Counted from the first letter of the stretch, positions 38,453 through 48,640 are shown. The stretch is 64,000 nt of DNA from Elusimicrobiales bacterium (GCA_049972095.1 JBMFKQ010000002.1:1-64000), one strand, 5' to 3'. Notes: generated from the letters alone by a model not told the origin. Made by a program: numbers and translations.

Positions 38453-40141
38453 GTGTTTAAAAGCTATATAATGGTAGGATTAATGGTGTTTATTTTATCT
38501 TTTCCAGCGGCATCCCAACAGGATGAATTTGAGTCAGATCTTGGAGGACCCATCGTTGAAGATACTCAAGCACCAACCCAGGTTCAAACACAATCCTCCC
38601 CTCAACTACCAGCAACTCCCATGAAGTCTGAGACGCAGGTAGAAACACCACTCTACGAAGAGGCAGAGGAGATATCACCGCTTGATAGGAAGATAGGTCC
38701 TATAAGATTAAAAGGGGCAGCCTTGACAGCCTTTCTTGATATAATATCTCATCAGTCAGGTGTTAATTTCATAGTAAGTGATGATGTTGCAGCAAAACAG
38801 ATCACCGTATTCTTAAGGAAAACAACTGTAAGAGAGGCTCTTGAAATACTTCTTAGAGTTAAGGGCTTAACATATCAAAGAATAGGAAAAAGCAATACAT
38901 ATATCATAATGAAAAGAACAGAAGCTCATCCAAATCTGGTAACAAAGATCTATACACTTAACTACATACCTCTTATTCCTCTGACAGAAAAGGATTCATC
39001 CTCAGGTTCTTCAATAACATCCATTCTTTCCAAAGGCTCATCAGAAAATGCTTTTAATATGCAGGGTTTACCTCAGTCCGGTGGTGCTGGAGGGGAAGAG
39101 GAATCCGGGATAACTATAATAAGTGTAATTAAAAGTGTTCTAAGCAAAAAATACGGCAAAATAGCCATAGATCCGCGAACCAACAGCATAATAGTAACTG
39201 ATATACCTGAGGTATTTCCTCAGGTTGAGCAGATAATAGCAGAGCTTGATAAGAAAGCTCCTCAGATACTAATAGAGGCAAGAATAGTTGAAATAAATAC
39301 AGACAGACTGAATGAGCTTGGGATTGAATGGGGAGGTCCAAGGGGTGAGATTGCTTATTTCGCAGGTCCTGCAAGGTTAACAGATTGGGGGCTTAGACCT
39401 GGATTTTTTAAAGGGGATAGCTGGAAATTTCTTTTTCCAAAAGCTCCTAGCATAGTAAATCTCGAGTCAAATGCATCAGAGGGTGGTGCTGGAGGAGGTG
39501 GCGGAGGCGGAGAGCAGGGGACAGGTGGTGGAACGATACACCCAATATTTGCCACAGCTAAGGCAAGTCCTCAAGGTGTTTTTTATGGAGTTTTCAGTCT
39601 TGCTCAGCTTCAAGCAATATTTAGGGCTCTTGTTTCAAGAGGTGAGGCAAGATATTTAGGAACACCAAAGATTGTTGCAATGAACAATAAAACCTCTTAT
39701 ATAACAATATCCAGGGATGCAGCTGTTGCAACCCAAACCACTGTTGTATCCGCTGGTGGTTCTGCTGGTTCATCATCAACCGGTGTTGAAAGGGCCCCGG
39801 TCGGGCTTTTGCTAAAGGTAACTCCTCAGGTTAATAAAGAGGGCTACATAACAATGCTTGTTCAGCCTCAATATTCTGATATAACCTCCTCAGCTATAAC
39901 GATACAAGGACAAAATGTTCTTGATCCAATATCAAGAGGTGCAATGACTATGGTAAGGGTTAAAAATGGTCAGACTGTTGTTATAGGTGGTATGCTTTCA
40001 TCAACAGAACAAAAGATCGTCAAAAAGGTGCCACTTTTTGGATATATACCAGTCATTGGATGGTTTTTTACATCAACAAGTATCAGAAGGACTAACACCG
40101 ACCTTGTTATATTCTTAACACCAACAATACTTGTTGACTAA
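38453..40141 (+). CDS. Secretin (PilQ/GspD family)
   Basis: N0/STN domain, D.RTNSIIV.D N3 domain, QILIEARIVE, GL.LKVTP.V, VK.GQTVVIGG, KVPLFG.IP.IGWFF, LVIFLTP. Confidence 0.95.
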   Translation: MFKSYIMVGLMVFILSFPAASQQDEFESDLGGPIVEDTQAPTQVQTQSSPQLPATPMKSETQVETPLYEEAEEISPLDRKIGPIRLKGAALTAFLDIISHQSGVNFIVSDDVAAKQITVFLRKTTVREALEILLRVKGLTYQRIGKSNTYIIMKRTEAHPNLVTKIYTLNYIPLIPLTEKDSSSGSSITSILSKGSSENAFNMQGLPQSGGAGGEEESGITIISVIKSVLSKKYGKIAIDPRTNSIIVTDIPEVFPQVEQIIAELDKKAPQILIEARIVEINTDRLNELGIEWGGPRGEIAYFAGPARLTDWGLRPGFFKGDSWKFLFPKAPSIVNLESNASEGGAGGGGGGGEQGTGGGTIHPIFATAKASPQGVFYGVFSLAQLQAIFRALVSRGEARYLGTPKIVAMNNKTSYITISRDAAVATQTTVVSAGGSAGSSSTGVERAPVGLLLKVTPQVNKEGYITMLVQPQYSDITSSAITIQGQNVLDPISRGAMTMVRVKNGQTVVIGGMLSSTEQKIVKKVPLFGYIPVIGWFFTSTSIRRTNTDLVIFLTPTILVD

Positions 40142-40143
40142 AA

Positions 40144-41886
40144 ATGGTAAGAAATAAACTGGGTGAGATACTCATAGGGCAGAAGGTAATAACTGATGAG
40201 CAGCTTGCAAAGGCCTTGAAGTTTCAACAACAAGAACACTGTCTTCTTGGTGAGGCGTTAGTAAGGCTGGGTTATACTACAGAGGAGCAGATTGCAATTG
40301 TTCTTTCAAAACAGCTTGGCATCCCATATGCATCAATACAGAATCAGATACTAAAACCCGAAAAAGGGCAAGGGCTTGAAAACCTTATAGATGAAAAATT
40401 TGCAAGGGAAAACCTTGTTGTGCCTTTGTTTGTTGAAGACAATCTAATAGCCATTGCCCTTACAGACCCAACAAATTTGATGCTTTTAGATAATATAAGG
40501 GCAAAGACTGGAATGGAGCCTCAGATTTTCATATCTACAAAGGCTCAGATACTCAAGGTTATAGATCAGCTTTATCAGACTGAAACAAAGCTGATAGATC
40601 AGGTTGTTGAGGCGGAAGTGAAAAAGGACGAGGTTGCAGATGAGGATGTTCTTACACCTGATGGAAAGTTAGATCTTGACAAGGTTATTATGAGTCAGTC
40701 AAGAGGGGCTCAGGTCATAAGACTTGTAAACGCTATAGTTAAACAGGCAATAGCTGAAAGAGCAAGCGATATACACTTTGAAAAATTTGATGAGAAGCTT
40801 TCTTTGAGATTTAGAATAGATGGTGTTCTTCATGAGAGGACAGTGCCACCAAAAGAGCTTTTTGATAATATAATAGCCAGAGTAAAAATACTATCAAAAC
40901 TAGATGTTGCAGAGAAAAGGCTACCTCAGGATGGAAGCTTTTCAATAAAATATCAAAACAGAACCATTGAGGTCAGAGTTGCAACATGTCCAACTGTTTT
41001 TGGTGAAAAGCTTGTTATGAGATTACTTGATAAAGGCGGTGTTGAGTTGGACCTTGATAAGCTTGGACTTGAGACAAAACAGAAAGAGGATTTTCTGATG
41101 GCTGCTAATTCTCCTCACGGTCTTATATTTATAACAGGTCCAACAGGTTCAGGTAAAACTACAACACTTGCAGCACTTCTTCACACCATAAAAACACCAG
41201 AGATGAATTTTCTAACACTTGAGGATCCTGTTGAGATTAAGATAGATGGAATAAGTCAGGTTCAGGTAAAACCAGAGATAGGGCTTAATTTTGCAACAGG
41301 TTTAAGGTCTTTTTTGAGAATGGATCCTGATGTTATACTGGTTGGAGAAACAAGAGATAGCGAAACAGCACAGGCATGTCTAAGAGCAGCAATGACAGGT
41401 CACTTGGTTTTATCAACACTCCATACCAACAATGCTCTGGAGGTGATACCGAGACTCATAGATATGGGCACTGAACCTTATCTTCTTGCATCCACACTTC
41501 TGTTAGTCGCTGCACAAAGGCTTGTTAGAAAACTTTGTCCTGATTGTAAACAGCCATATAAGCCATCAAATCAAGAGATAGAGATGTTTATTAAAGAGTC
41601 GTTTTTGAATCCAATGCCTGATCCGGCTAAGCTTATATTTTATAAACCAAAAGGGTGTCCGAGGTGTTATAATATAGGATATAAAGGCAGGATTGCAATA
41701 TATGAAACATATTTTATAACGCAGGAGATAAAAGAGCTGATAACTGCAAAACCTGATATACTTGCCATAAAAGAGGTTGCAAAAAAGCAGGGAAGATGGG
41801 ATATGAGGGCAAGTGGATGGAGAAAGGTCTATCAAGGGATTACAACTGTTGATGAGATTGTAGGAGCTACTATTGGCGGAATTTAG
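40144..41886 (+). CDS. pilB: Type IV pilus / T2SS assembly ATPase (PilB/GspE) with MshEN-like N-terminus
   Basis: KLGEILI..., ASDIH, GPTGSGKTTT, TLEDPVE, LR.DPD.ILVGE.RD, TGHLV.STLHTN, tetra-Cys motif. Confidence 0.95.
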   Translation: MVRNKLGEILIGQKVITDEQLAKALKFQQQEHCLLGEALVRLGYTTEEQIAIVLSKQLGIPYASIQNQILKPEKGQGLENLIDEKFARENLVVPLFVEDNLIAIALTDPTNLMLLDNIRAKTGMEPQIFISTKAQILKVIDQLYQTETKLIDQVVEAEVKKDEVADEDVLTPDGKLDLDKVIMSQSRGAQVIRLVNAIVKQAIAERASDIHFEKFDEKLSLRFRIDGVLHERTVPPKELFDNIIARVKILSKLDVAEKRLPQDGSFSIKYQNRTIEVRVATCPTVFGEKLVMRLLDKGGVELDLDKLGLETKQKEDFLMAANSPHGLIFITGPTGSGKTTTLAALLHTIKTPEMNFLTLEDPVEIKIDGISQVQVKPEIGLNFATGLRSFLRMDPDVILVGETRDSETAQACLRAAMTGHLVLSTLHTNNALEVIPRLIDMGTEPYLLASTLLLVAAQRLVRKLCPDCKQPYKPSNQEIEMFIKESFLNPMPDPAKLIFYKPKGCPRCYNIGYKGRIAIYETYFITQEIKELITAKPDILAIKEVAKKQGRWDMRASGWRKVYQGITTVDEIVGATIGGI

Positions 41887-41912
41887 TAAAGTGTTTAGTA
41901 AGGAGAAAGATT

Positions 41913-43136
41913 ATGCCAAAATTTATCTATACTGTTCAGGATGCAGAGGGAAATGTTACAACAGGTTCAATGGAAGCTGAGGATGAAGATTCTATAATAA
42001 ACACTCTTCAAAGTAAAGGATATTTTATACTATCAGTTCAATCAGAGAAAGAAAAGGCAAAAGGTTTATTCTTACTAGCTAAGAAAGCCGGTGGGAAGGT
42101 AAGTGGGAGGGAGATGGTCTTTTTTGGGGAACAGCTATCAACACTTATTGCTGGAGGTGTGCCTTTGGTAAGGGCACTTTCACTTCTTGCAGAAAACGCT
42201 GAAAACAAAACGCTTCAAGCAGTCCTTTATCAGATAACAAAGGATGTTTCAAGTGGAAGTGCTCTTCATAAGGCACTTGAAAAACACCCCCAAGTCTTTG
42301 ATAACATATGGATTTCACTTGTTCAGGCAGGTGAGGTTTCAGGGCAGCTTCCAATGGTTTTAAGACAGATTACAGCATATAAGGAAATGCAGGAGGAGAT
42401 TAAATCAAAAATAATAACTGCTTTCGCCTATCCTACGGTTCTTTTTATAATGTCTATAGGTGTGCTTTTTTATTTTGTGCTCTTTATAGTTCCAGTTTTT
42501 GCACAGATATTTAAGGATTTTGGGCTTAAGCTTCCAATAATAACACAGATGGTTATAGGGTTCTCGTATTTTTTGAGAAATTATTATCTGCTGATGATAA
42601 TTGGTGTAATAGCTTCTTATTGGTTATTTAAAGCATATACAAAGACTGAAAATGGTCTTTTGGCTTGGAATAAAGTTCAGTTTTCACTTCCTTTCATTGG
42701 GAGCTTTATAAAAAGCATCAATTTTGAAAGATGTCTTACAACACTCTCAACACTTTTAAAGAGTGGTGTCAGTATAATAAACTCACTAACAGTTCTTGAA
42801 AATGCATTTAAGACAAACCTTATAATGCAAAATGCTCTTAAAAGAACAAAAAACGATATAACAAGCGGAAAATCAATATCAGAGTCATTTAGAAAGACTG
42901 GTGTATTTCCAGCTTTTGTGGTTGACATGATGCTTATGGGAGAAGAATCTGGAAGGCTCCCTGATATGATAGATGTCCTTTCAGTCTACTACAAAGAGCA
43001 AATAAATCAGTTTCTAAGAAGATTTTCTGCTATTGTTGATCCTCTTATGATGGTGATAATCGGTAGTATCATAGGCATTGTTGTTATGTCGGTATATATG
43101 CCGATATTCCAACTTTCTCAGATCAAAGGAGGTTAA
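41913..43136 (+). CDS. pilC: Type IV pilus / T2SS platform protein (PilC/GspF)
   Basis: QLSTL..GVPL..AL, AGE.SGQL, A..YP, GEESG.L, Y.PIF. Confidence 0.95.
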   Translation: MPKFIYTVQDAEGNVTTGSMEAEDEDSIINTLQSKGYFILSVQSEKEKAKGLFLLAKKAGGKVSGREMVFFGEQLSTLIAGGVPLVRALSLLAENAENKTLQAVLYQITKDVSSGSALHKALEKHPQVFDNIWISLVQAGEVSGQLPMVLRQITAYKEMQEEIKSKIITAFAYPTVLFIMSIGVLFYFVLFIVPVFAQIFKDFGLKLPIITQMVIGFSYFLRNYYLLMIIGVIASYWLFKAYTKTENGLLAWNKVQFSLPFIGSFIKSINFERCLTTLSTLLKSGVSIINSLTVLENAFKTNLIMQNALKRTKNDITSGKSISESFRKTGVFPAFVVDMMLMGEESGRLPDMIDVLSVYYKEQINQFLRRFSAIVDPLMMVIIGSIIGIVVMSVYMPIFQLSQIKGG

Positions 43137-43140
43137 TTGT

Positions 43141-43623
43141 ATGAAGAAAGGTTTTACTCTGATAGAGCTTTTAATAGTTGTTCTTGTAATAGGTATACTT
43201 ACAATGATTGCCATGCCATTATACAGGAGAACAATAGAAACATCAAAAGCAACAAACGCTCTTTCAATAATCAACATGATTGCAAACGCAAACAGGATGT
43301 ATCAGCTTGATAATAATGTATATCTAAGTGGAAGTCTTAATGATAGCTGTAATTTTCAATCCTGTGCTAGTGCTACTGGTGCATGCAGGCTTGTTGCCTG
43401 TGGTTATCTTGCAAAGCAGAACTGGGGTAGCTATCAGTGGAGTTTCTGTGCCTGTAATCCGGCAACAAGCTGTCAGTGTCCATGCGGTGGTGGAGGACTT
43501 CTTGCCTGTGGACTAAATAACTCTCCACTTGGAAACCCTTATAATACCTGGCAGTATTCAATCAATCCATTTGGCCAGTGTATAGCATCTGGTATAAAAG
43601 TTCCGCCATGCCCTCAGTTATGA
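43141..43623 (+). CDS. Type IV pilin (PilE-like) with Cys-rich head
   Basis: AAGGAGG SD then MKKG|FTLIELLIVVLVIGIL class III signal; 12 Cys in the C-terminal part. Confidence 0.9.
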   Translation: MKKGFTLIELLIVVLVIGILTMIAMPLYRRTIETSKATNALSIINMIANANRMYQLDNNVYLSGSLNDSCNFQSCASATGACRLVACGYLAKQNWGSYQWSFCACNPATSCQCPCGGGGLLACGLNNSPLGNPYNTWQYSINPFGQCIASGIKVPPCPQL

Positions 43624-44084
43624 AGAAAAGAAAAGCTTTTTCTCTTGTTGAGATAGTTGTATCAGTGCTTATCTCAGCAACAGTTGCTATGGCAAGCTTT
43701 ATGATATTTACATCAACAGCAGCATCTCAAAAAAAAGCAAGCAAGAAGGAGCTTGTGTCTCTTGCCATAAAAATGGTGCAGGAGCAGCTAAAGGTTTATG
43801 TAAGTGCAGATACTACATCTTGGTTCCCTTATAGGCCAAACCCCCAATGGAGGCTTTGTAATCATCTTGGTCAGTGTGATAGCTATAATGGCTGGGCTCT
43901 TCAAGCAGGAAGTCATAATATAACAAGCTTTCTTAACTCAGAACCTTTTCTTAGTGGGATATGTAGGGGAAATATCTCAAACTGTAGTTTTACATATACT
44001 GTAACTGATAGCAACTGTGGTTTCGGGTTAGGTAATGCTGCATGCAAGAGTGTTGTTTTTAATCTAACTTATCCTGATGAGTGA
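43620..44084 (+). CDS. Minor pilin (PilV/GspI-like)
   Basis: MKKRKA|FSLVEIVVS; ATG 43620 overlaps the previous stop; 6 Cys. Confidence 0.82.
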   Translation: MKKRKAFSLVEIVVSVLISATVAMASFMIFTSTAASQKKASKKELVSLAIKMVQEQLKVYVSADTTSWFPYRPNPQWRLCNHLGQCDSYNGWALQAGSHNITSFLNSEPFLSGICRGNISNCSFTYTVTDSNCGFGLGNAACKSVVFNLTYPDE

Positions 44085-44721
44085 TATGAGAAAGGGTTAT
44101 AGTCTTGTTGAGATTTTAGTAGCTCTTGTGATATTTTCCTTTATGGCAGTTGCTCTTTCAGGGGTTTTTGCAACTGCAAATAGATTCTTTGCGCATCAAT
44201 ATAGAGAGGATCTGTTTAAGACTAGGTTTGTCACTGCTGTGAAGTTTATACAGAATAAGATGATGACTGCAAATGAAGTACTTATACCTGCTCCAAACAA
44301 TCTTTCAGGTTATATAACATTTCTTAGCAATGTTGCTGTAAACCCTTCTTCTACAAACCAAATCTGCAGACCAGCTACAGCATTGCCATCAATGTGGCAT
44401 TATGTATGTCGTGATAATGGAAATAGGCTTTTCTATCACTCAGGCGATCTTACAATAAGCAACTGTCCAACATATACTACGATATGGCTTTCAAATCCTC
44501 CAACTGCATGTGGCTCGGGTTCAAACCCTGTTTTTTTAAGCGATAATATAAGCTCACTTGTATTTTCAAGGCAGAATCTTCCATCAAATGTTGTTAGGGT
44601 AAATATGACACTTTTCTCTCAGGCACCAGGAAGTCAGACATCCTTTGCCGGGACAGTTGGAAGAGATATAACACAAACATTTGAGACCTATATATCAATC
44701 AATAAAGTTTCACAGTTCTAA
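44077..44721 (+). CDS. Minor pilin (PilW/GspJ-like)
   Basis: RKG|YSLVEILVAL; 4 Cys; C-terminal beta-rich region. Confidence 0.82.
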   Translation: MSDMRKGYSLVEILVALVIFSFMAVALSGVFATANRFFAHQYREDLFKTRFVTAVKFIQNKMMTANEVLIPAPNNLSGYITFLSNVAVNPSSTNQICRPATALPSMWHYVCRDNGNRLFYHSGDLTISNCPTYTTIWLSNPPTACGSGSNPVFLSDNISSLVFSRQNLPSNVVRVNMTLFSQAPGSQTSFAGTVGRDITQTFETYISINKVSQF

Positions 44722-44723
44722 TA

Positions 44724-44752
44724 TTGAAAGGTTTATTTTTATCTGCTAAAAT
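44724..44752 (+). promoter_or_regulatory. Sigma70-type promoter for the leaderless pilX-like gene
   Basis: TTGAAA (44724-29), 17-nt spacer ending in TGC, TAAAAT (44747-52), 6 nt, ATG 44759. Confidence 0.65.
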
Positions 44753-44758
44753 ATAGAT

Positions 44759-45052
44759 ATGAAAAAGAGAAAAGCCTCACTTGCTGCAACACTTCTTCTA
44801 TGTATACTTATAATAATGATGTCAACATATGTTATGAGGTGGGTTTTTGACAGATACACTACAGTAATTAGATTTCACAGAAGTACGAATGCAAAGATAA
44901 GAACGGAAGGCGTTTTTCTAAATAGAGTTGCATGCTGCAGATATGGAAGCGGATGTGTGTCAAGTCTAGACGGCAAAACTGTTAATGTAAGTATTAATTG
45001 TTCAGCCTCAGCAGCAACCCCTGCAACATTTACAATAGATGAGGATATTTAA
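44759..45052 (+). CDS. Short minor pilin lacking Glu5 (PilX/GspK-like)
   Basis: Basic leader MKKRKA, hydrophobic helix without E5; last gene of the pilin series. Confidence 0.55.
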   Translation: MKKRKASLAATLLLCILIIMMSTYVMRWVFDRYTTVIRFHRSTNAKIRTEGVFLNRVACCRYGSGCVSSLDGKTVNVSINCSASAATPATFTIDEDI

Positions 45053-45861
45053 CTTATCCTTTTAAACTCCACAGCCTTAAAGGGTTTAAACTCAAACTCT
45101 TTTTCATCTTTTGATCTAAGAAGCCAATCCTGCCATTTTTTTTCAAAGATTTCAAAATCCGATATACGATAGATATCCCAAAGCGCTTTTAAAACATCCT
45201 TCCCATTTGAGATATCAGTGCTAAAGCGATAAAAAGATGCTTTTCCAAAGGTGGTATATAGATATCTAACTATTCCATACGCTTGAAGATACCACCAGGC
45301 AATATCACTGTCAGATTTAATGTTGGTAGGATCAGCTTTTGTAAAATCAGCAAATGACATAAAATTTTCCTTTTGAGCATTTTTGAGTGATATCTTCCAT
45401 GGACTTTTATCCCCAAGATAAAGTGATTCCATATAAACCGCAAGACCCTCATTTAGCCATATTGGAGGACCTTTAAGCTTTTTTATAAAAAAATCTTCAT
45501 AGTAAAGATGAGTAAGCTCATGAATAATGGTTGAGCCAAGATCCTCTATATTTTTTCGGTAATAAACAACTACAGTTCTTGTTTTGTGAAGACAGAGTCC
45601 TTTTGACCATAATGGTGGTTTAAAAGGGCTTTTGATGTAGCTATCATAGTTTTTGAATACATATATCTTTGTGTTTTCTTTTATCATCCATGGAGCGAAT
45701 GGTGAAAGGTTCATTTTAAGTATTGAATAGATCTTTTCAACTTCCATAGCAGCTAAGGGAAATGTCCAGTTTCCTTCAACATAGATTTCAAAATGCTTTG
45801 TTTCAACTCTCTGCCATGATTGTGTATAGACTAGATTTATAAAGAGAAAAAGGATATGCAT
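45049..45861 (-). CDS. Peptidase MA-like (gluzincin) protein
   Basis: HELTH...P.WLNEGLA zinc motif, downstream Y; ETKHF.IY N-terminus. Confidence 0.8.
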   Translation of the reverse strand: MHILFLFINLVYTQSWQRVETKHFEIYVEGNWTFPLAAMEVEKIYSILKMNLSPFAPWMIKENTKIYVFKNYDSYIKSPFKPPLWSKGLCLHKTRTVVVYYRKNIEDLGSTIIHELTHLYYEDFFIKKLKGPPIWLNEGLAVYMESLYLGDKSPWKISLKNAQKENFMSFADFTKADPTNIKSDSDIAWWYLQAYGIVRYLYTTFGKASFYRFSTDISNGKDVLKALWDIYRISDFEIFEKKWQDWLLRSKDEKEFEFKPFKAVEFKRIS

Positions 45862-48635
45862 TAAATAAAATCCTTTGTAATGGATTTCTTTTCTTTTTTT
45901 ATATCCTTAGTTCTTCCTTCAAAGATAAGATATCCACCCTCAGGACCACCTGCGGGACCAAGCTCTATTATCCAGTCAGCATGTTTTATTACATCTGGAT
46001 TGTGTTCTATTATAACAACTGTTCCTCCACCTTTAACAAGGAGATCTAAAACATCCATAAGCTTCTTTACATCATGAAAATGAAGTCCTGTTGTTGGCTC
46101 ATCAAGTATATATAGGGTTTGTTGTGTGTTTTTTCTTGAAAGCTCATATGCTATTTTTATCCTTTGTGCTTCACCCCCAGAAAGTGTTGTTGAGCTTTGA
46201 CCAATTCTAAGATATCCAAGTCCTACATCTATAAGAAGCTTGAGTTTATTTTTAATATGAGGAATATTTTCAAAAAAATAATAAGCATCCTCAACACTCA
46301 TATTAAGTATATCTGCAATGTTTTTATCTTTGTATCTTATTTCAAGTGTATCTTTATTGAATCTTCTACCTTCACACTCTTCACATTTAACATACACATC
46401 AGGCATAAACTGCATCTCCACCTTCAGATAGCCTTCTCCTTTGCAGTTCTCACATCTTCCACCTTTAAGATTAAAAGAAAATCTTGATGCATCATAGCCC
46501 TTTCTTTTTGCCTGAGGAGTTTTTGCAAAGATTTCCCTTATCTGATCAAAAAAACCAACATATGTTGCTGGGTTTGACCGAGGTGTTCTTCCTATGGGTG
46601 ACTGATCAACCAGAACAACCCTTCTTATTTCTTCATATCCTTTTATCTCTTTAAAATCTCCTGGCTCATCTTTAAATGAAGGATCCATTTTTTTCATAAT
46701 TCCTTTATATACTATTTCGTAAAGAAGGGTGGATTTGCCTGAGCCTGAAACCCCACATATAACAGTGATAGCCTGAAGAGGTATTTTAACATTTATATCT
46801 TTGAGATTAAACTGTTTTGCACCAAAAACCTTTATAAATTTTTTAAATTCTCTTGTGTTTCTCTTCTCCACTACAACCTTTTCATCACCACGCATATATT
46901 TTGCAGTAAGGGAGTTTTTATATTTTAGTAGCCTTTCATAGCTTCCTTTAAAAACCACATAACCACCATTTTCTCCAGCACCTGGACCAAGCTCTATTAC
47001 ATAATCTGCATTTTCTATTGTTGTTCTGTCATGTTCGATAACTATAAGTGTATTTCCTATATCTCTTAAGGATTTGAGAGTCTTTATGAGTTTTGAGTTG
47101 TCAGCAGGATGAAGTCCGATTGTGGGCTCATCAAGAACATAAATAACACCACTAAGCCTACTTCCTATCTGAGTGGCAAGCGATATCCTTTGTGCCTCAC
47201 CACCAGAAAGTGTCTGTGAATAGCGAGAGAGTGTGAGATATCCAAGACCCACATTTTTCAAGAACTCAAGCCTTGATATTATCTCCTTAAGTATCACTCG
47301 TGCTACTTCATAGCTCTGTGGTGAAAGTTTTAAGCCAAGAAAGAAATCAAGAGCCTGATCTATACTCATATCTGACACATCCGCAATGTTTTTTGATTCT
47401 ATATACACAGCTAACGATTCTTTTTTAAGCCTTTTTCCTCTGCACATAGGGCAGATTATCTCTCTCATAAATCGCAGGTGTATTTCCTGCCTTACAAAGT
47501 CTGATTCTGTTTCCGTATATCTTCTTTTTATATTATTCACAACCCCTTCGAACTCTCCATCACCATAGAGCAAAATGTTTTTTTCTTCTTCTGCAAGTTT
47601 TATAAAAGGAATATTCATTTTTATCCCGTGTTTTAAGCAAACCTGGTTTATAATCTCTCTATAGTATTCTCTCCATGAGTTTTTCCATCTGTTTGTTCTT
47701 GTAGTTATTGGATCATCCCATGCTTTTATACACCCATCATCAATGGTTTTATTGAAGTCTATTACAGAGTTTATGTCAACCTCAGTTATAAAACCTATTC
47801 CCTCACATTGAGGACATGCCCCAAATGGAGAGTTAAATGAAAATATTCTTGGCTCTATTTCAGCAAGGCTTATATTACACACAGGACAGGAATTTTTTTG
47901 GCTATAAATAACTGATGTGTCTTGTGTTTTTATCTCACATAGTCCTTCGCCTTCCTTTAAAGCAAGTTCAAGATCTTCTTTTAATCTTTCATATTCATCA
48001 TTATTGAGGGTGAAGCTATCAACAACAACTGATATTGTATGCTTGATATAGCGATCAAGGAAAGGAATCTTTTCAACATGAAAAACAGAACCATCAATCT
48101 CAAATAGAGAATAACCTTTTTTTTTAAATCTTTCAAAAAGTTCATCATACCTACCTATTCTTCCTCTTACCAATGGTGATAAAACAGTTATCTTTTTACT
48201 ACTAAATCTTCTTACTATATCTGTAAACATCCCATCAATGCTCCAGCTTTTTAAAACCCTTCCACACTCAGGGCAATGCGGCTGGCCAACTCTTGCAAAA
48301 AGAAGTCTTAGATAATCATATATCTCAGTAACTGTTCCAACAGTTGATCTTGGATTATTTGAGAATGTTCTCTGCTCAATGGCTATTGATGGTGAAAGTC
48401 CTTCAATAAGATCTACATCCGGCTTGTCCATAAGCTCAAGAAATTGTCTTGCATAAGCAGAAAGGCTTTCGACATATCTTCTTTGACCTTCGGCGTATAT
48501 GGTATCAAAGGCAAGAGATGACTTCCCACTACCACTTAAACCTGTTATAACAACTAACTTTTTTTTTGGTATTTTAAGTGTAATGTTTTTAAGATTATGT
48601 GTTCTTGCTCCCTTTATAAGTAGAAATTCTTTCAT
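45861..48635 (-). CDS. uvrA: Excinuclease ABC subunit A
   Basis: Two ABC domains (GLSGSGKSS, GVSGSGKST, LSGGEAQR twice), zinc fingers. Confidence 0.98.
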   Translation of the reverse strand: MKEFLLIKGARTHNLKNITLKIPKKKLVVITGLSGSGKSSLAFDTIYAEGQRRYVESLSAYARQFLELMDKPDVDLIEGLSPSIAIEQRTFSNNPRSTVGTVTEIYDYLRLLFARVGQPHCPECGRVLKSWSIDGMFTDIVRRFSSKKITVLSPLVRGRIGRYDELFERFKKKGYSLFEIDGSVFHVEKIPFLDRYIKHTISVVVDSFTLNNDEYERLKEDLELALKEGEGLCEIKTQDTSVIYSQKNSCPVCNISLAEIEPRIFSFNSPFGACPQCEGIGFITEVDINSVIDFNKTIDDGCIKAWDDPITTRTNRWKNSWREYYREIINQVCLKHGIKMNIPFIKLAEEEKNILLYGDGEFEGVVNNIKRRYTETESDFVRQEIHLRFMREIICPMCRGKRLKKESLAVYIESKNIADVSDMSIDQALDFFLGLKLSPQSYEVARVILKEIISRLEFLKNVGLGYLTLSRYSQTLSGGEAQRISLATQIGSRLSGVIYVLDEPTIGLHPADNSKLIKTLKSLRDIGNTLIVIEHDRTTIENADYVIELGPGAGENGGYVVFKGSYERLLKYKNSLTAKYMRGDEKVVVEKRNTREFKKFIKVFGAKQFNLKDINVKIPLQAITVICGVSGSGKSTLLYEIVYKGIMKKMDPSFKDEPGDFKEIKGYEEIRRVVLVDQSPIGRTPRSNPATYVGFFDQIREIFAKTPQAKRKGYDASRFSFNLKGGRCENCKGEGYLKVEMQFMPDVYVKCEECEGRRFNKDTLEIRYKDKNIADILNMSVEDAYYFFENIPHIKNKLKLLIDVGLGYLRIGQSSTTLSGGEAQRIKIAYELSRKNTQQTLYILDEPTTGLHFHDVKKLMDVLDLLVKGGGTVVIIEHNPDVIKHADWIIELGPAGGPEGGYLIFEGRTKDIKKEKKSITKDFI

Positions 48636-48640
48636 TGTTA

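Noticed and set aside
43078..43140. Longer N-termini in the ORF track for pilins (43078, 43578) and other genes (14046, 18301, 23496, 51831, 55311)
   Set aside because: Downstream ATGs fit SD, -10 spacing or signal-peptide patterns better and reduce overlaps.
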